Origin: Microcystaceae cyanobacterium
GTDB lineage: Bacteria > Cyanobacteriota > Cyanobacteriia > Cyanobacteriales > Microcystaceae
Assembly (NCBI GenBank): GCA_041746575.1
Contig: JBGTGT010000044.1
Coordinates: forward strand, 1-19,712
Direction: 5' to 3'
DNA length: 19,712 nucleotides
This document shows, piece by piece, positions 16,652 to 19,712 of this stretch. Numbering within the stretch: the stretch's first letter is position 1; each line of letters begins with the position of its first letter. The translations under genes and the position numbers were made by a program. The notes beneath the pieces were generated by a model. The model saw only the letters and a program-made list of their open reading frames with translations, did not search any database and was not told the origin of the DNA.

Positions 16652-17827
16652 ATGAAAATTTTACAAATTGTTCCTTCTATTTCTTTAATTTATGGAGGGC
16701 CAAGTCAAATGGTAATTGGACTCTCTCAAGCGTTAGCAACAGCAGGCGAAAAGGTCACCATTCTTACTACGAATTCTAACGGAGATGCAGGGCAACCTCC
16801 CCTTGATGTTCCGCTCTTTAAACCGATTTTGCAAGACGGCTATCAAATTATTTATTTTCCCTGTTCTCCTTTTCGTCGTTATAAGTTTTCGCTCCCTCTA
16901 TTACAATGGTTATCCCATCAGGCTAAGCATTACGATATTGCCCACATTCATGCTCTTTTCTCTCCGATAAGCACGGCTGCTTCAATGGTTGCCAGAAATC
17001 AACAATTACCTTACATTTTGCGGCCATTAGGCACGTTAGATCCTGCTGATTTAACAAAGAAAAAAAATCTGAAAAAACTTTATGGATGGTTATTAGAAAG
17101 ACACAATTTAGCGAGAGCGTCTGCCATTCATTTTACCTCAGAGCAAGAAGCTCAAATTTCAGAACGATATGGCATAAAAACGCAAGATTTAGTGATACCT
17201 TTGGGGGTGTCTTTACCGAATAATATTCCTCCGATTGGGCAAACGCGGCAAAAATTTGGCATTCCTGATCATACTCCTTTAATTTTATTTATGTCCCGTA
17301 TTGATCCTAAAAAAGGATTATCTTTATTAATTCAATCTTTAGAAAATTTAATAGATAAGGAAATTGACTTTCATTTTATTTTAGCGGGTTCAAATCCTCA
17401 AGATCCTACCTATGAAAATGAAATTAAACAGAAAATTCAAACCTCAAAATTAAGCCTTCAAACGACGCTTACTGGCTTTGTACAAGGAGATTTAAAGTTA
17501 GGTTTATTACGGGATGCGGATTTGTTTGTTTTACCCTCTTATTATGAAAATTTTGGTATTGCAGTGGCCGAAGCGATGGCAATGGGAAATCCAGTGATTG
17601 TGTCTGATCAAGTTCATATTTGGCCAGCGATTGAGGAGGCAGAAGGTGGCTGGATTTGTCGCTGTGATGTTGCGTCTTTAACTGATACATTAATTACCGC
17701 TTTAAAGCATCCACAAGTACTCAAAGAGCGAGGACAAAATGCACGTTATTTAACAAATACTCAATATAGTTGGCCGGCGATCGCACAACAAATGATTCAG
17801 GCTTATCAACATTTGTGCTGTCACTAA
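16652..17827 (+). CDS. hpsP: GT4 glycosyltransferase, hormogonium polysaccharide HpsP-like
   Basis: GT-B motifs MSRIDPKKG and PSYYENFGIAVAEAMA (E-x7-E). The N-terminus MKILQIVPSISLIYGGPSQMV matches my recollection of cyanobacterial HpsP. GT4 is secure; the hpsP assignment is less so. Confidence 0.85.
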   Translation: MKILQIVPSISLIYGGPSQMVIGLSQALATAGEKVTILTTNSNGDAGQPPLDVPLFKPILQDGYQIIYFPCSPFRRYKFSLPLLQWLSHQAKHYDIAHIHALFSPISTAASMVARNQQLPYILRPLGTLDPADLTKKKNLKKLYGWLLERHNLARASAIHFTSEQEAQISERYGIKTQDLVIPLGVSLPNNIPPIGQTRQKFGIPDHTPLILFMSRIDPKKGLSLLIQSLENLIDKEIDFHFILAGSNPQDPTYENEIKQKIQTSKLSLQTTLTGFVQGDLKLGLLRDADLFVLPSYYENFGIAVAEAMAMGNPVIVSDQVHIWPAIEEAEGGWICRCDVASLTDTLITALKHPQVLKERGQNARYLTNTQYSWPAIAQQMIQAYQHLCCH

Positions 17828-17883
17828 TTTTTTAATAAACTTATACAATGAAAAATGATTCTTATATAAATTTCTTATAGATT

Positions 17884-18151
17884 TCATGAGACTTGGCGAG
17901 GGTTTCCATATAAGTAATAATCAAGATTAGCTGCGCTATCGCTAGGCAAGTCTTGGGTAATTTCTTAGGACGAATTTGCGGTAAATTCATTAAAGGATTT
18001 CCAAATGGGTTTAGTTTTTTCTCGATATTATCTTGAGGAAATGAAGGGTTTATCTTCGCTGTTTAGTAAAAAGAAAAAAGTTTAAGACCTTTTTGAGTAA
18101 GTCATTGAATGATTGTTAGATTTCTTTCAGTAGTTGTTCTTTGGTGAACAT
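17884..18151 (-). pseudogene. Degraded DUF2281-like antitoxin gene
   Basis: AAGGA RBS then MFTKEQLLKEI*QSFNDLLKKVLNFFLFTKQRR*, and after a net +1 frameshift KTKPIWKSFNEFTANSS*EITQDLPSDSAANLDYYLYGNPRQVS*. Both halves resemble small cyanobacterial proteins found upstream of PIN toxins (family recognised from memory). Confidence 0.7.
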
Positions 18152-18217
18152 GGTTTCAGTTTCCTTAATGGGCTAATGATTGTGTCAATTTTGCTCCCTA
18201 AAGTAATTTTCAAGAAG

Positions 18218-19211
18218 CTACTGAATAACTCGAATAATGATGGCATGGTTTTCTTTTTCTCCTTTTGGATTTTGAGCTTCTTTTAGACAAAATTCTACAT
18301 TAATTCCTTGTTGCAGATTATCTTTATTACACTGAACATCTCCCATAGCAAAAAAGAAACTATCTTTATCAAAAACTAAGTGTCCTGATTTATTATTTTT
18401 ATGAATTTTAGAAATGTTTCCTCTCAAGATTTGTTGCTGTCTCAATTGATCTTGTTTCCAAATTGCTATGAATTTTTTGTGTGTCTGATGTAAATCGTTT
18501 TCTAGATCAAAAGTAGAATTTGGTATGTTGAAGTGATTGAGAATTTTGTGAACTTCATCAGTTTTCTTTAATTCATATTTTCGAATTACCAGACTTATTA
18601 GCTCCGCCAATAACTTAGCTTTTTCTTTTTCTTCTAATTTGTAATAATAGCGAGCCATTAGTAAGAATAACTTAATTTTTTTATTTTTATCACCTCTAAA
18701 TAAAGCTGACTTGCAACCGTTAATTACTGCATCTTCATACTCACCAGCATCATATTGTGCTTGAGCAATTTCTTTATATATAAACCATTTCTGTCCATGA
18801 TAACCTTCAGCAATTTGGAGTAAGATATTTTCCCCAGTTTCAATCTCGCCTAACGCAATTAAAGAAAGTGCTTTTCTTCGTTTAAACCAAACATCATTAT
18901 CGTAATGAAAAGTTTGTATTGACAATAAAGCTAAATCACAGACTTCTATACATTACATTCTCGATATTTTTTCTGTTTTTCTAATAAAGAAGTTAAAATT
19001 GAATAATAAGTTTCATAATCAGATGCTATTTTTCTTACTTTTCCATCAGTATTAGGCGATTGAGTTCCACGTCTTGATAGTTTCTCTGGATTTAACTTTA
19101 CAATCCACCGTTGAATTTTATTAAGGTTAAAGTTTGGCTCTTTATAAGTTTTTAGCAGTTTAAAAACTCCAATGGTATAAGGACAAGGATAATTATCGTC
19201 ACCGTTGATTT
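18218..19211 (-). pseudogene. TPR-like alpha-helical protein with C-terminal cold-shock/OB-fold-like domain; frameshifted and IS-interrupted (ORFs 18218-18925 and 18946-19266 are pieces)
   Basis: Removing one copy of the ACATT duplication (18950-18959) joins both ORFs into ...KKYRECIEVCDLALLSIQTFHYDNDVWFKRR.... TPR-like helices (WFIYKEIAQAQYDAGEYEDAV) precede a beta-rich C-terminus (GNISKIH..KSGHL..DSFFF..GINVEF). The 5' end is replaced by IS1 sequence. Confidence 0.8.
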
Positions 19212-19712
19212 GACGTTGCTGATTTTGCAGTGGTTTTGTTAAAGTTGAAAGACATGAAATGTCCACAGTGTAACTCTTCTAATGTTCGTAAAGATGGTCA
19301 TCAAGATAGTAAACAACGATGGAAATGTAAAGATTGCAGGCGTATTTTCCGAGACTCTTATGAACAGAGAGGTTATCATCCCCAAGTCAAGGAGATTTGC
19401 TTAAACATGTATTTGAATGGCATGGGATTTCGCGCGATTGAAAGAGTGACAGGAATTCATTACATAACTATTATGAATTGGGTTAAAGAATCGGCTTCGG
19501 AATTACCAGAAGATGAACTTCAGACTTATATGGGGAGAAGAAGCAATAAAGTTTGGCTTGGGATAGCTATCAATTATTATCGCTCTGGAGTCTTAGCAAT
19601 ACAGATAGGAGACCGTAGTGGAAAGACTTTTGAAAAACTCTGGGAAAGAGTAAAAAAATGGGACAGCCGAAGGTATTTAACTGATGGTTATTGTGTTTAT
19701 GCTAATTATATT
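19212..19712 (+). mobile_element. IS1-family insertion sequence (left part; runs off the window)
   Basis: Putative left end GACGTTGCTGATT (IS1 consensus GGnnnTG with one mismatch) 42 nt before the transposase ATG. The exact boundary is inferred. Confidence 0.8.
19254..19712 (+). CDS. IS1-family transposase (InsA-InsB in one frame, partial; possibly degenerate)
   Basis: Not in the ORF track. MKCPQCNSSNVRKDG...QRWKCKDC (Zn finger), YLNGMGFRAIERVTGIHYITIMNWVK (HTH), then DELQTYMG...GDRSGKTF...LTDGYCVY (first two DDE acidic residues). Open to the window end. Confidence 0.92.
   Translation, partial: MKCPQCNSSNVRKDGHQDSKQRWKCKDCRRIFRDSYEQRGYHPQVKEICLNMYLNGMGFRAIERVTGIHYITIMNWVKESASELPEDELQTYMGRRSNKVWLGIAINYYRSGVLAIQIGDRSGKTFEKLWERVKKWDSRRYLTDGYCVYANYI

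Larger units (their letters stand above)
2565..17784. repeat. Dispersed HIP1 octamers (GCGATCGC)
   Basis: Copies seen at 2565, 8119, 12894, 14665, 15610 and 17777. None seen after 17784. Confidence 0.85.

Noticed and set aside
561..17690. Short ORFs nested in or antisense to larger genes (561-851, 2391-2618, 2910-3122, 3535-3831, 4647-4841, 5857-6117, 5885-6133, 9673-9969, 9836-10063, 9885-10097, 10953-11135, 12224-12445, 12680-12949, 13454-13639, 14626-14823, 15158-15370, 16582-16779, 16785-16970, 17469-17690)
   Set aside because: Shadow frames of well-supported genes with no recognisable motifs. The Gly/Val/Ser-rich 15158-15370 ORF is simply the antisense of the kinase Pro/Thr tail.
1..19712. 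CRISPR array, rRNA, riboswitch, intron or retroelement
   Set aside because: No regularly spaced repeats or recognisable signatures by eye; a covariance-model (Rfam) search of the intergenic regions would be needed to exclude small RNAs.

Overview
Cyanobacterial chromosomal DNA, probably from a unicellular Chroococcales-type organism (six HIP1 GCGATCGC octamers; gene content resembling Synechocystis/Cyanothece). Left to right: tRNA-Ser(GGA)(-); fed2-type ferredoxin, inositol monophosphatase and a J-domain/TPR gene (+); a SpoU/TrmH methyltransferase just downstream of tRNA-Leu(CAG)(-); murA(+); a membrane-anchored multi-PAS diguanylate cyclase locus(-); a small secreted 4-Cys protein; an HlyB/HlyD type I secretion pair(+); a Ser/Thr kinase(-); an HpsP-like GT4 glycosyltransferase(+); and an AT-rich, decaying accessory tail. 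Four things are visible in the sequence but missed by the ORF track. (1) murA has no in-frame ATG/GTG/TTG upstream of its essential GAKN motif and appears to start at ATC 3551, behind a perfect AGGAGG. (2) The PAS and GGDEF ORFs look like one gene joined out of frame by an internal deletion at ~5626. (3) The two rightmost minus-strand ORFs are one TPR + cold-shock/OB-fold gene, broken by an exact 5-bp duplication and by an IS1-family insertion. (4) A degraded DUF2281-like antitoxin gene, with no recognisable toxin partner, lies just downstream of it. I cannot demonstrate an intact new system. The best candidates are the non-AUG-initiated murA and the inactivated TPR-CSD putative conflict/defence gene.
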